The position numbers and the translations under genes were made by a program. Below are positions 18,997 through 27,720 of a DNA stretch of 64,000 nucleotides, piece after piece (positions within the stretch are counted from its first letter, which is position 1; each line of letters opens with the position of its first letter). The notes below the pieces were generated by a model that saw nothing but the letters and a program-made list of their open reading frames with translations, was not told the DNA's origin and did not search any database. This stretch comes from Armatimonadota bacterium (GTDB lineage: Bacteria > Armatimonadota > Zipacnadia > Zipacnadales > Zipacnadaceae). The DNA is taken from the NCBI GenBank assembly GCA_036504235.1, contig DASXVN010000076.1:4395-68394 (forward strand), in the 5' to 3' direction.

Positions 18997-20352
18997 TTAC
19001 CCTCCTTCGGTCATTACCGTGTGCCGCTCGAGAAAATGAGTGTCAATCTCGCCGCGGCGGAAATACGCGTTGCCCAGCACCCGTAGGTGGAAAGACAGGT
19101 TGGTCCGAATCCCCTCGACCCGCATCCCTTGCAGGGTCGCTTCCATGCGCGCGATGGCCCGCGCTCGGTCCGGCGCCCAGCAGATCACCTTGGCGATCAT
19201 CGGGTCGTAGTAGGTGGAGACCTCCGAGCCGGTGGTCACGCCGCTATCCACGCGCACGCCCGGACCGAAGGGCACTTCCCAGCGGGTGATGGTCCCCGGC
19301 GAGGGCATGAAGCCTCGCTCGCCGTCGGCCGCCAGCACCCGGCACTCCAGCGCGTGACCGTTGAACCAGATATTGCCCTGCTCCAGTTGCAGCTTCTCGC
19401 CGGCGGCGATGCGCAACTGCTCGGCGACTAGGTCCACCCCGGTGAGCATCTCCGTGACCGGATGCTCCACCTGGATGCGGGTGTTCATCTCGATGAAGTA
19501 GAACTTGCCCCGGCCGTCCATGAGGAACTCGACGGTGCCCGCATTGCGGTAGCCCACCGCCTGCGCGGCCTTGACCGCCGACTCGCCCAGCCGGCGGCGC
19601 TGGGAGGTGCTCACGGCCACCGAGGGCGATTCCTCGATCAGCTTCTGGTGGCGGAACTGGATGGAGCACTCGCGCTCCCCCAGATGAATGACGTTGCCAT
19701 GCTCGTCGGCGAGAATCTGGACCTCGATGTGCCGCGGCAGCGCCAAGTACTTCTCCAGGTAGACCTCGCCCGAGCCGAAGGCCGCGCGGGCCTCCATGCG
19801 GGCGGAGTCCAGCGCCGCGCTGATGCCCTCGGCGTTGTGCACGACGCGGATGCCGCGCCCGCCGCCGCCCAGGGCCGCCTTGATCATCACGGGGTAGCCC
19901 AGCGTCTCGGCGATGGAGCGGGCCGCGCGGGCATCGCGCACCCCGTCCTCACTCCCCGGCACCACCGGCACCCCCGCCTCGCGCACGATGCGCCGGGCGG
20001 CGGACTTGTCCCCCATCTGGCGAATCACGCCGGAGGGCGGGCCGATGAACTTGATCTTGCAGTGCTCGCAGGCCTCGGCGAAGTTGAAGTCCTCGGACAG
20101 GTTGCCGTAGCCCGGATGAATCGCCTCGGCGCCGGTAATCACGGCGGCCGAGAGCAGATTGGCGGCGCTCAGGTAGCTGTCCCGGTTCTGCGGAGCGCCG
20201 ATGCAGACGGACTCATCCGCCATCCGCACGTGCAGCGCGCCCGCGTCGGCCTCGGAGTAAACGGCCACGGTCTTAATTTTGAGTTCGCGGCAAGCCTGGA
20301 CGATGCGACAGGCGATCTCGCCGCGATTGGCGATCAGAACTTTTTCGAACAT
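18997..20352 (-). CDS. accC: Acetyl-CoA carboxylase biotin carboxylase subunit
   Basis: MFEKVLIANRGEIACRI... ATP-grasp biotin carboxylase, 451 aa, full-length homology to AccC. Confidence 0.9.
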   Translation of the reverse strand: MFEKVLIANRGEIACRIVQACRELKIKTVAVYSEADAGALHVRMADESVCIGAPQNRDSYLSAANLLSAAVITGAEAIHPGYGNLSEDFNFAEACEHCKIKFIGPPSGVIRQMGDKSAARRIVREAGVPVVPGSEDGVRDARAARSIAETLGYPVMIKAALGGGGRGIRVVHNAEGISAALDSARMEARAAFGSGEVYLEKYLALPRHIEVQILADEHGNVIHLGERECSIQFRHQKLIEESPSVAVSTSQRRRLGESAVKAAQAVGYRNAGTVEFLMDGRGKFYFIEMNTRIQVEHPVTEMLTGVDLVAEQLRIAAGEKLQLEQGNIWFNGHALECRVLAADGERGFMPSPGTITRWEVPFGPGVRVDSGVTTGSEVSTYYDPMIAKVICWAPDRARAIARMEATLQGMRVEGIRTNLSFHLRVLGNAYFRRGEIDTHFLERHTVMTEGG

Positions 20353-20400
20353 GTCTCTCCTGTGTACGCGGTCGGCGATGCCCTGACGACCGGCGATGCA

Positions 20401-20631
20401 CTACTTGAGATTGGCGATGAACTCCTCAACGGACAGGCCGGCCTGCTCCAGAATGCGGTGCAGGGTGCCCAGGGCCAGATCGTGGCCGCCATGCTCCGGA
20501 ACTACCGTGGAACGCTTCTGCTCATGGTGGACCATGAAGGTGTGGCTGCCCGTGATCCGCATTTCCTCGAACCCGGCCCGGCGGAGCGCCGCGATGGTCT
20601 CTCGCGCGTTGACCCGGGGCTCCTTAGGCAC
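20401..20631 (-). CDS. hicA: HicA-family mRNA interferase toxin
   Basis: 76 aa with ...LRRAGFEEMRITGSHTFMVHHEQKRSTVVPEHGGHDLALGTLHRILEQAGL, matching the HicA/YcfA-like fold motif (GSH...). Confidence 0.7.
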   Translation of the reverse strand: MPKEPRVNARETIAALRRAGFEEMRITGSHTFMVHHEQKRSTVVPEHGGHDLALGTLHRILEQAGLSVEEFIANLK

Positions 20632-20977
20632 CGGGCTGGTCCTCCCGGATGGTAAGCCGATAGACGAAGGCCTCCTGGCTATGGCTCATGTCCACGGTGA
20701 CCTGTGGATTGTCGGGCGCCAGCGGCCAGCCCAACTCGCGGTTGCCCTGAAGATAGAGCCGCAGGGCGTCCTCCGTCATCTGTAGGCACTCGGGCAGGGT
20801 ATCGCCAAAGCTGCCGCAATTGTTCAGCGCCGGCGCGTAGGCTGAGTAGTGTCCATCAGCTTCCCGCATCACGACAACAGTGTAGACTGTCTCCGCCTGC
20901 TTCCGGCCACGACCGCGTTTCGCCCGAGGATCAGGACAAGCGGCCGGCGGAGTGCCCGGTTTTGCCTTGGTGGGCAT
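20624..20977 (-). CDS. hicB: HicB-family antitoxin
   Basis: ...YTVVVMREADGHYSAYAPALNNCGSFGDTLPECLQMTEDALRLYL is a HicB N-terminal (UPF0150-like) domain. Overlaps hicA by 8 nt. Confidence 0.65.
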   Translation of the reverse strand: MPTKAKPGTPPAACPDPRAKRGRGRKQAETVYTVVVMREADGHYSAYAPALNNCGSFGDTLPECLQMTEDALRLYLQGNRELGWPLAPDNPQVTVDMSHSQEAFVYRLTIREDQPGA

Positions 20978-21003
20978 CGTCTGGTTTCACCTCACCAGCC
21001 CGA

Positions 21004-21396
21004 TCAGTACTTCTCATGCCCCGGCGTGGGGTCGGATACGGCGCCGGTCGCGGGATCATACTTGAACGCCTGCCCGCTGACCGCGCACTTGAGCGGCACC
21101 CCCCATTTGGGGTCCAGCGCCGCCGGCCACTCGCCGGTTGAGTCCTTCTCCATCTGCAGCGCCATGCGCAGTTGGTGGAGATTATTGATGCAGTCCACGG
21201 TCTGGCCCTTTTGCAGGCTCTGGCCCAGCACCGTCTGCGCCTCGCCCGCGAAGCGCGGCTTACGCTGCACGTTCCCGGCGGGACGCAGGTAGAGCCACCA
21301 GACGGCGATCATGATGATCGCCACCACGACGAGCAGGCCAATCAGGGTGGCGCTGCCTCGGCGCGAGCACCGACCTCGCTGCCTCACGATGGTCAC
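21004..21396 (-). CDS. Small N-terminally anchored membrane protein
   Basis: TM helix TLIGLLVVVAIIMIAVWWLY. GTG start overlaps the accB TGA stop (GTGA). Confidence 0.4.
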   Translation of the reverse strand: MTIVRQRGRCSRRGSATLIGLLVVVAIIMIAVWWLYLRPAGNVQRKPRFAGEAQTVLGQSLQKGQTVDCINNLHQLRMALQMEKDSTGEWPAALDPKWGVPLKCAVSGQAFKYDPATGAVSDPTPGHEKY

Positions 21397-21845
21397 GCTC
21401 CCGGCCGGAGCACAAACAGCAGGTCGCCAAACTGCACCGGCTGGTGCTCTTCGGCCACGATCTCCGCCACCGTCCCCGCTCCCGGCGCGGTGACGGCCGT
21501 AATCTGCCGCAAAGACTCAATAGTGCCGATAGTCTGCCCCGCCTTGACCTGGTCCCCGAGCGCAACCAGCGGCTCGCTGTCCGGACCATTGCCCCGGTGG
21601 AAGAACCCCACCAGCCGCGCGGTGACCGCCACGGCGCCCTCCGCCACCTCCGGCGTCGCGATGGCCATGCCCAGCGAGATCGCCGGGAGGCCGTTCGCCT
21701 CCGTCTCCTCGCGCACCGGCGCAGCCGCCACCGGCAGAGCCGGTCGGCGCAGGCGCACGTACAGATCGCCTTCCTTGACGGACAACTCCAGCGCGGAGGA
21801 TTCCTTCAGTATACCCAGCAGGCTCAGGATACGTTCGCGATCCAC
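21393..21845 (-). CDS. accB: Biotin carboxyl carrier protein ortholog (AccB) lacking the biotinyl-lysine
   Basis: N-terminus (MDRERILSLLGILKESSALELSVKEGDLYVRL) parallels E. coli [32 protein letters not shown], followed by an Ala/Pro linker and biotinyl domain. The EAMKM motif reads ESLRQ; the codon is CGG (Arg), read from the minus strand. Confidence 0.8.
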   Translation of the reverse strand: MDRERILSLLGILKESSALELSVKEGDLYVRLRRPALPVAAAPVREETEANGLPAISLGMAIATPEVAEGAVAVTARLVGFFHRGNGPDSEPLVALGDQVKAGQTIGTIESLRQITAVTAPGAGTVAEIVAEEHQPVQFGDLLFVLRPGA

Positions 21846-21890
21846 AATGAATCTCCTGTGTCAGCGCCGCAAGCCGGCGCGAGGACGTTC

Positions 21891-22455
21891 CTACTTCGCG
21901 CGGGTGACGTACTCGCCGGTGAGGGTGTTTACGGTAATGACCTCTTCGTTCTCGATGAACAGCGGCACGGTTACCTTGATCCCGCCCTCAATCGTAGCCG
22001 GCTTGTTGCCCCCCTGAGCGGTGTCGCCCTTGAGGCCCGGCTCGGTGTAGATAACCTTGCGGTCCACCGTATTGGGCAGCTCCAGACCGATGATCCGGTC
22101 CTCGTAGACGGTGACGTAGAGGTCCTCGCCTTCCTTGAGCCAGCCCAGATCAGCGCCGATCTGCTCGCGGGTGAGTTCGCGCTCCTCGTAGGTCTCGTTA
22201 TCGAGGAAGTGATAAAGCTCGCCGTCGGTCCACATGTAGTTGTGCGGCCGCTTCTCCAGCCGCGCGGTCTCCAGGCGGTCTTCCGGATCGAAAGTCTTGT
22301 CAAAGGACTCGCCGTTAATGATGTCGCGCAGCTTGGTGCGAATGAGAGCGGACCCGCGTCCGACACCCATGTGATGGTCCGCATGCAGGACGCGCAAGAT
22401 GCGCCCGTCCATATCAATCGTGTTGCCTTCCCGAAGTTTCGTCGCCAGAATCAAG
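21891..22455 (-). CDS. efp: Elongation factor P
   Basis: 188 aa from a TTG start at 22455 preceded by GGAGG. ...ILATKLREGNTIDMDGRILRV... aligns with the EF-P N-terminus; C-terminal ...TEPGLKGDTAQGGNKPATIEGG..VTVPLFI is EF-P. Confidence 0.85.
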
Positions 22456-22642
22456 TGTTCCCAACCTCCTGCAGAGCAGAGACTAGACGCCGCACCGGGG
22501 AGGGCCCAACTTCCACGCAAGCGCAGAAGGCAACCGGGCCGGCGGTGCGGCGACGAGGGCTGCTTAGAAATCTAAGAAAAAGTGTACAAGAAGGAGGGGG
22601 AAATGTAAAGCTGAGGGGGAGGAGGGGCTTCCCGTGGCCGTC

Positions 22643-22852
22643 CTGTAGGGCTGGGGCTACGTCCCTCGCCGGCCGTTTGCCGTTGTCGTTCGCCGTTCTC
22701 CCCCTCTCCCAAGGTCCGCCGCGGGAGAGGGGGCCGGGGGGTGAGGTGAAACTGGCGGCGCGCCTCCGCCTTCCGCTCGGGCGCGGGCGGCGGGTGTAAC
22801 CGCCGCCCCTCCGGGGAAACGGCCGGCGGGGGACGTAGCCCCCGCCCTACAG
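22643..22852. repeat. MITE-like composite repeat with 23-nt terminal inverted repeats (CTGTAGGGCTGGGGCTACGTCCC / GGGACGTAGCCCCCGCCCTACAG)
   Basis: The inverted termini begin with GTAGGG. The interior carries GCCGTT tracts and a CCCCCTCTCCC-AAGGTCCGCCGC-GGGAGAGGGGG hairpin followed by GCCGGGGGGTGAGGTGAAACTGG, near-identical to the 47891-47950 copy. Confidence 0.55.
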
Positions 22853-22859
22853 TCCCCCT

Positions 22860-23570
22860 TCACCCCAACGCCTTCACCATGAACTCCCGCGCCTTATCGT
22901 GCACCCACTCCGGCCAGGGGCCGCCGTGGCCCGCGCCGGGGACCTCTAGGTACTCCACTCGCCGGCCGCGCTCCCGCATCGCCGGGACCATCCGGTCCGC
23001 GTGCACCGACTTCTTGACCGCCTCATCCGCGTCGCCCTGGACGATCAGGTAGTCAATATCCGGCATCTGGTCCACCTGGTGCAGCGGGGAATGCTCGGCC
23101 AGCAGGTCGGCCATCTCGCCCTCATAGCCGGCGAAGGCGCTGTAGATGGTGCGGGGCAGATCGGGCCGCTCGCCGAAGTGATAGACCAGGTCGCACATCG
23201 GGACATTCGCGTAGCAGGCCACCGGGTGATGCCGCGTATAGCGCACCCCCAGCAACGCCGCGCCGCCGCCCATCGAGCCGCCGGTGAAGACCAGCGGCAC
23301 GGTGGCCGGGTCCAGACCGTGCTGCGCGTAGAGGTCGGCGATCAGCACATCCACCATCTCCCGAGCCTGGCGGTTCATCCAGGACCAGGGCCCGTAATAG
23401 GGCATGACCATCAGCGCGCCGAGCGCCGCCATTTCCCGGTCCCAGTCATCCGGCTCGGTCTTGAGCCCGGTGCCGCCCAGGCCGTGGAAGCACATCACCA
23501 CGCCGCGAATCGGTCCCTCCAGCAACTCGTCGCCCACCCAGGCGACCTCGTGGGGCTGTCCGTGGGGCAT
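22860..23570 (-). CDS. Alpha/beta hydrolase (esterase/peptidase S9-like)
   Basis: Nucleophile elbow GGSMGG and the C-terminal D and H of the triad. Internal ATG at 23570 with GAGGAG RBS; the longer upstream ORF is low-complexity. Confidence 0.65.
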   Translation of the reverse strand: MPHGQPHEVAWVGDELLEGPIRGVVMCFHGLGGTGLKTEPDDWDREMAALGALMVMPYYGPWSWMNRQAREMVDVLIADLYAQHGLDPATVPLVFTGGSMGGGAALLGVRYTRHHPVACYANVPMCDLVYHFGERPDLPRTIYSAFAGYEGEMADLLAEHSPLHQVDQMPDIDYLIVQGDADEAVKKSVHADRMVPAMRERGRRVEYLEVPGAGHGGPWPEWVHDKAREFMVKALG

Positions 23571-23590
23571 AAAACAGAACTCCTCTTCGA

Positions 23591-24607
23591 CTACTTGGTT
23601 ATCGTGACCAGACACAGCGACGCGGCGCCCGGCGCGATCATCTGCGCCGCGCCCTTCGCCAGGGGCAGCAAATAGAGGGAGGGCCCGGTCTCGCTGACGC
23701 GCCGGAAGCTGACGTACAGGCCGGTCCCGTCGCGGCTCCACAGCACCTGGTACAGCTCCGCAACGGCGGTGGGCGCGGTCGCCCCGGCCGGGGTCCCCAT
23801 GCGCAGACTCGGCTGCAGCGCGCCTTCCGCGCTCACCAGCCACAGGCCACGCGGATTCACGTAGGCGATCTGCGTCCCGTCGGGGCTCACGGCGGCCGCG
23901 GTGATGTAGCGGTCGGCCCAGGGCTGCAGGTTGGTGCTCAGGCGGAAGGCCCAGCGCAAAGCGGGCGCGGGCTGCACGGTGGTGGCCTGGAGCAGGTCGC
24001 CATAGCGGTACTTGGCCTCAGTCGAGTCCCCGCCGTCGCTGGTGGTCATCCAGGTGGCCGCCACCGAGCGGCTGCCGTCGGCGCTGCGGCCATCCCAGAC
24101 CGTGCCGGAGTCCAGCAGCGTCACCGCGAAGGGCGTGGCCAGGGCGATCGAGTAGACCTCGCTCTGATAGCCGGTGCCCGTCAGGCGCACGCGCGCCAGC
24201 AGGCTGTGCTTGTCCGCCGCGAGGCTGACCGCCTCCAGCCGCCAGTCCGCGGGATCACCCAGGGCGGTCGGAGCCGAGACCAGCTTCTGCGAGGTCCCGG
24301 CCTTCACGTCCGCGAGATTCAGGCCGAACGCCTGCAGCACGCCCTTCGCGTCGCGCTGCTCCTCGGTCCAGACCACCTGGCCGGGCCCCACGGACCAGAG
24401 CCGCGCGGCCATGGTCGTGGCGGTCAGCTCCGCGGGAACCACCAAGTCCGGGCCCTGCGACTTGATTTTCCCGGAGTCGATCCACAGGGAGTTGTCCGGC
24501 GGCGGCAGGAGTGCGGCCGGGGCAGCGGCCGGAGCCGCCCCCGCGAGGGACGCGGACAGCAGTAGGGTCAGCAGCACTGCACCCAGGAATCCAGCAGTCA
24601 GACGCAT
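23591..24607 (-). CDS. Secreted beta-propeller (PD40/TolB-like repeat) protein
   Basis: Signal peptide plus repeated S.DG...Y motifs (AAVSPDGTQIAYVN, WSRDGTGLYVS). Confidence 0.5.
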   Translation of the reverse strand: MRLTAGFLGAVLLTLLLSASLAGAAPAAAPAALLPPPDNSLWIDSGKIKSQGPDLVVPAELTATTMAARLWSVGPGQVVWTEEQRDAKGVLQAFGLNLADVKAGTSQKLVSAPTALGDPADWRLEAVSLAADKHSLLARVRLTGTGYQSEVYSIALATPFAVTLLDSGTVWDGRSADGSRSVAATWMTTSDGGDSTEAKYRYGDLLQATTVQPAPALRWAFRLSTNLQPWADRYITAAAVSPDGTQIAYVNPRGLWLVSAEGALQPSLRMGTPAGATAPTAVAELYQVLWSRDGTGLYVSFRRVSETGPSLYLLPLAKGAAQMIAPGAASLCLVTITK

Positions 24608-24643
24608 GACAGTTACCTCCCAATAATTATGTGTGCGGTCGCC

Positions 24644-25843
24644 CTACTTGCCGGCGAGCATTGCCTGCGCCATTTGCGCCCCCAGCGCGCGAGCGGCCTG
24701 CAGGTCCTCGTCCGTCGGCACCAGGCGCGCCGTCGCCGGCTCGCCCACCACGTTCATCTTCAGGTCGGCCAGCCGCGAGGCGATGAAGCGCGGGGCCTCG
24801 CCGCTCCAGCCGAAGGAGCCAAAGCTGGCGGCGAGCTTGCCGCGCAGATTGAGCGTGGCCAGCGAGGAGAGCAGGTCCCAGACCGGCTTGACCGCGTCGC
24901 CGTTGATGGTCAGCGAGCCGACCGCCACGCCGCCGCAGGTCTCCAGGTCGTCGGTCACCGCGCTCAGGTCGGCGCTGGACAGGTCCAGCAGCGACACCCG
25001 CGCCCCGGCCTCCTCCGCGCCCCGGCCCAGTTCCTCAGCCAGCCGCCGCGTGTTGCCGTAGGAGCTGGCATAGAACACCAGCAGCCGGTCCGGCTGCGAG
25101 CCGGGCAGAACCTGCGCCCACGAACGGTATTTCGCCAGTAGCTCGGGTATCCCCTGTCGCAGGATCGGCCCGTGGCTGGGGCAGACGATCTTGACCTCGC
25201 GCCGGTCTATCTCCTCCAGGCCCTTGAGCACGTAGCTCTTGAAGGGGCGAAAGATCACGTTGAAGTAGTACTCGAACTGGTAGGCGTACTCCTCGGTGAG
25301 GTCGTTAAAGAGCCGCTCGTCGGCGAAATGCGCCCCCAGGAAGTCACAGGGGAAGAGAATCCGGTCCTCCTGCAGGTACGTGAACATGGTGTCCGGCCAG
25401 TGCAGGAAGGGGGCCTGGATGAACTCCAGGGTCTTGCCGCCCAGCTCCAGGGTGTCGCCGCTGCCGACCAGCCGCGGGTTCACGTCGCGATGCAGCAGCC
25501 CGCCCACCAGCAGCTTGGCGCTCTTGGAGCACAGCACCTGCGGCCCGCCGCACTTGTCCAGCACTGCGGCCAGCGCGCCGGTGTGGTCCGGCTCGCAGTG
25601 GTTGAGCACCAGGTAATCCACCGCCCAGGTGTCCACCAGCTCTTCCAGATGCTGATAAAGCTGCGGCTCAAAACCCGCCTTGACCGTCTCGATCAGCGCG
25701 GTCTTCTCGCTGCCGCGCACCAGATAGGCGTTGTAGGTGGTGCCGTGCGGCGCGGCCATGATGACGTCAAAAACGCGAATATCCGGGTCCAGCGCTCCGA
25801 CCCAGTGAACCCCGTCAGCGATCTGTACAGACAACTTCCTCAC
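24644..25843 (-). CDS. Flavodiiron protein (A-type flavoprotein: metallo-beta-lactamase + flavodoxin domains)
   Basis: ...VDYLVLNHCEPDHTGAL... diiron MBL site and C-terminal flavodoxin-like domain (LVFYASSYGNTRRLAEEL). Exact start uncertain: GTG at 25843 or TTG 3 codons in. Confidence 0.8.
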   Translation of the reverse strand: MRKLSVQIADGVHWVGALDPDIRVFDVIMAAPHGTTYNAYLVRGSEKTALIETVKAGFEPQLYQHLEELVDTWAVDYLVLNHCEPDHTGALAAVLDKCGGPQVLCSKSAKLLVGGLLHRDVNPRLVGSGDTLELGGKTLEFIQAPFLHWPDTMFTYLQEDRILFPCDFLGAHFADERLFNDLTEEYAYQFEYYFNVIFRPFKSYVLKGLEEIDRREVKIVCPSHGPILRQGIPELLAKYRSWAQVLPGSQPDRLLVFYASSYGNTRRLAEELGRGAEEAGARVSLLDLSSADLSAVTDDLETCGGVAVGSLTINGDAVKPVWDLLSSLATLNLRGKLAASFGSFGWSGEAPRFIASRLADLKMNVVGEPATARLVPTDEDLQAARALGAQMAQAMLAGK

Positions 25844-25851
25844 CCTCCCTG

Positions 25852-25893
25852 GCGCGGAGCAGGCACGCCGGTGCTCCCGGCGCCGCTCCGCGC
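25852..25893. promoter_or_regulatory. Inverted repeat GCGCGGAGC-N24-GCTCCGCGC immediately upstream of the flavodiiron gene (candidate operator)
   Basis: Perfect 9-bp arms seen in the sequence, 10-50 nt upstream of the start codon on the transcribed side. Confidence 0.3.
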
Positions 25894-26085
25894 AGGTTAT
25901 CTTAGCACAAAGGCCGAAATGTATATAGAAGACGCTGCCGCCCGGCGGTAGTTCTCCGTACCTCGGGAACCCCCCGACCCGCGGGCGGCGTTTAGCACGG
26001 TAGCAACGAAAACTGCCTTTCCGGCCCGAGGCGGAGCGCCGCGCTCCCCCCCGGTCGGGCGCGTTCGGCGAGGAGTGCTTCGCTT

Positions 26086-27573
26086 ATGTCCCGAGACCGA
26101 CTCTTGTTCCTGATTATAGCCACGCTGGCGCTGGTAGGCCTGGCCGCCGGCGGCCTCCATTGCCTGACCAACAGCCCGGCCTGGGCGCAGGAGGGCCCTC
26201 CCGGCCAGATGGCCCCGGGCGGCGCCCCCGGCGGGGGGCCCGGTGGCCCTCCGGGCGAGGCTGCTCCGCCCCTGCCCAACCCGCAGGACGCCTTCACCAA
26301 GGCGCAGTCGAAGGACATTGACACCCGCTCCGCCGCTCTGCGCGACGTGGCCACGCTGTATAACGCCACCCAGGACGAGGCGGTCCGCAAGCAGGCCCAG
26401 GGTCTGCTCCGCCAAGCGGCGCAGCAGGGCGAGACGGCGGCTATCCGCCAGGCGGCGGTGGGCGCCCTCGGCATGCACGCTACCGACAATACCGACTTGC
26501 TCCTGCAGATGACTTACGATCCCGACGCCGAGATCGCCAATGCCGCCCTCGCCGGCCTCGCGCAGGGCACCCCCTCCGCAACCGTAACGGCGCGCCTGCA
26601 GCAGCTCCGCGGCTCCCGCGACACCGCCCTGGCCACCCTGGCCACCGAGGTCCTGACGCAGGTCTACGGCCGGCAGGGCCTCGCCGGCGCCCCGGCCCTA
26701 ATTGAGATGCTGGGCAGCTCCACCGGCGACGCCAACGCCAAGGCGGCCCTGCGACTGCTCGGCCTCGGCCGCGACATCCTCCCGGCCTGTGTCACCGTAC
26801 TGACCTCCAGCCCCAACGACCTGCAGCGCCACGGCGCCGGCGTGGTTATCGCCATGCTCTGCGGGGGCAAGAATCAGTACCAGGAGGCTTTCGCCCAAGT
26901 GGGCCAGGCGGAGTTCAAGGTCACCCGCAACGTCCTCGCCCCGGACCTGCGGGTGCTGCCCGCCCTGCTCACCGCCGTGCGCAACGACCGCTCCCCGATG
27001 GTTCGCGAGATCTGCGCTCAGGCGCTGAGCTACTTGGGCGACGAGCGCGCCGTCCCGGTCCTGGCGCAGGCCCTGCAGTCCGACCCGGAGGCCTCGGTCC
27101 GCGCCTTCGCGGCCGGCGCCCTAGTGACTCTCCCCGCCGAGGCGGCCCGCCCGGCGCTAGAGCGAGCCCTGGAGACCGACAAGTCCGCGCGCGTGCGGCG
27201 CAACGCCGCCGAGGCGCTGGGCTGGCTCGGCGACCAGGCCGCCTCGGGCGCCCTGATCGCGGCTACCCGGGACCGGGACGAGGAGGTCCGCCGCCTCGCC
27301 GCCGCCCAGTTGGGCCGCGTGCACGGCGCGGGCTCCCTGGAGGCGCTGACCGCCCTCTTCGGCGACTCCAGTGAGGATGTGCGCTGGGCCGCCGTCGTGG
27401 CCGTGGACAAGATGCGCGACCGCCGCGCCGTCCCCGCCCTGGTGTCCGCCACCCAGGATACCTCCGTGCTGGTCTCGCACGCCGCGGAGACCGCCCTGCA
27501 GAAGCTCGGCGAGACCTACCGCCAGGAGACCAACCTCAAGCAGCCGGCCCGACCTGCCGCCCAGAACAGCTAA
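26086..27573 (+). CDS. Secreted HEAT-repeat (PBS-lyase-like) protein
   Basis: Signal peptide then multiple HEAT units (...SARVRRNAAEALGWLGDQAA..., ...DVRWAAVVAVDKMRDRRAVPALV...). Confidence 0.7.
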   Translation: MSRDRLLFLIIATLALVGLAAGGLHCLTNSPAWAQEGPPGQMAPGGAPGGGPGGPPGEAAPPLPNPQDAFTKAQSKDIDTRSAALRDVATLYNATQDEAVRKQAQGLLRQAAQQGETAAIRQAAVGALGMHATDNTDLLLQMTYDPDAEIANAALAGLAQGTPSATVTARLQQLRGSRDTALATLATEVLTQVYGRQGLAGAPALIEMLGSSTGDANAKAALRLLGLGRDILPACVTVLTSSPNDLQRHGAGVVIAMLCGGKNQYQEAFAQVGQAEFKVTRNVLAPDLRVLPALLTAVRNDRSPMVREICAQALSYLGDERAVPVLAQALQSDPEASVRAFAAGALVTLPAEAARPALERALETDKSARVRRNAAEALGWLGDQAASGALIAATRDRDEEVRRLAAAQLGRVHGAGSLEALTALFGDSSEDVRWAAVVAVDKMRDRRAVPALVSATQDTSVLVSHAAETALQKLGETYRQETNLKQPARPAAQNS

Positions 27574-27594
27574 CCGTAACTCCTGTTCAAAACC

Positions 27595-27633
27595 AAACGG
27601 GCGGCGCTCACGCGTCGCCCGTTTTCTTTTGTC
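27595..27633 (+). terminator. Rho-independent terminator
   Basis: AACGGGCG-gcgctcacgcgt-CGCCCGTT stem-loop followed by TTTCTTTTGTCT, 22 nt after the stop codon. Confidence 0.6.
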
Positions 27634-27645
27634 TAGTCCGAGATT

Positions 27646-27718
27646 GTCAGTGGCACCGGCGTCTCGCCGGTGCCGGGCGGCATGGCCACAGGGGACACCG
27701 GCGAGACGCCGGTGCCAC
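27646..27718. repeat. Pair of inverted copies of a conserved hairpin element (GTCAGTGGCACCGGCG-TCT-CGCCGGTGCC) between convergent genes
   Basis: Perfect 10-bp stem, 3-nt loop. The second copy (ACACCGGCG-AGA-CGCCGGTGCC) is its reverse complement. The same 28-mer recurs at 61246-61274. Confidence 0.5.
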
Positions 27719-27720
27719 CG

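Noticed and set aside
19462-20655. 397-aa plus-strand ORF opposite accC/hicA
   Set aside because: Antisense to strongly supported AccC.
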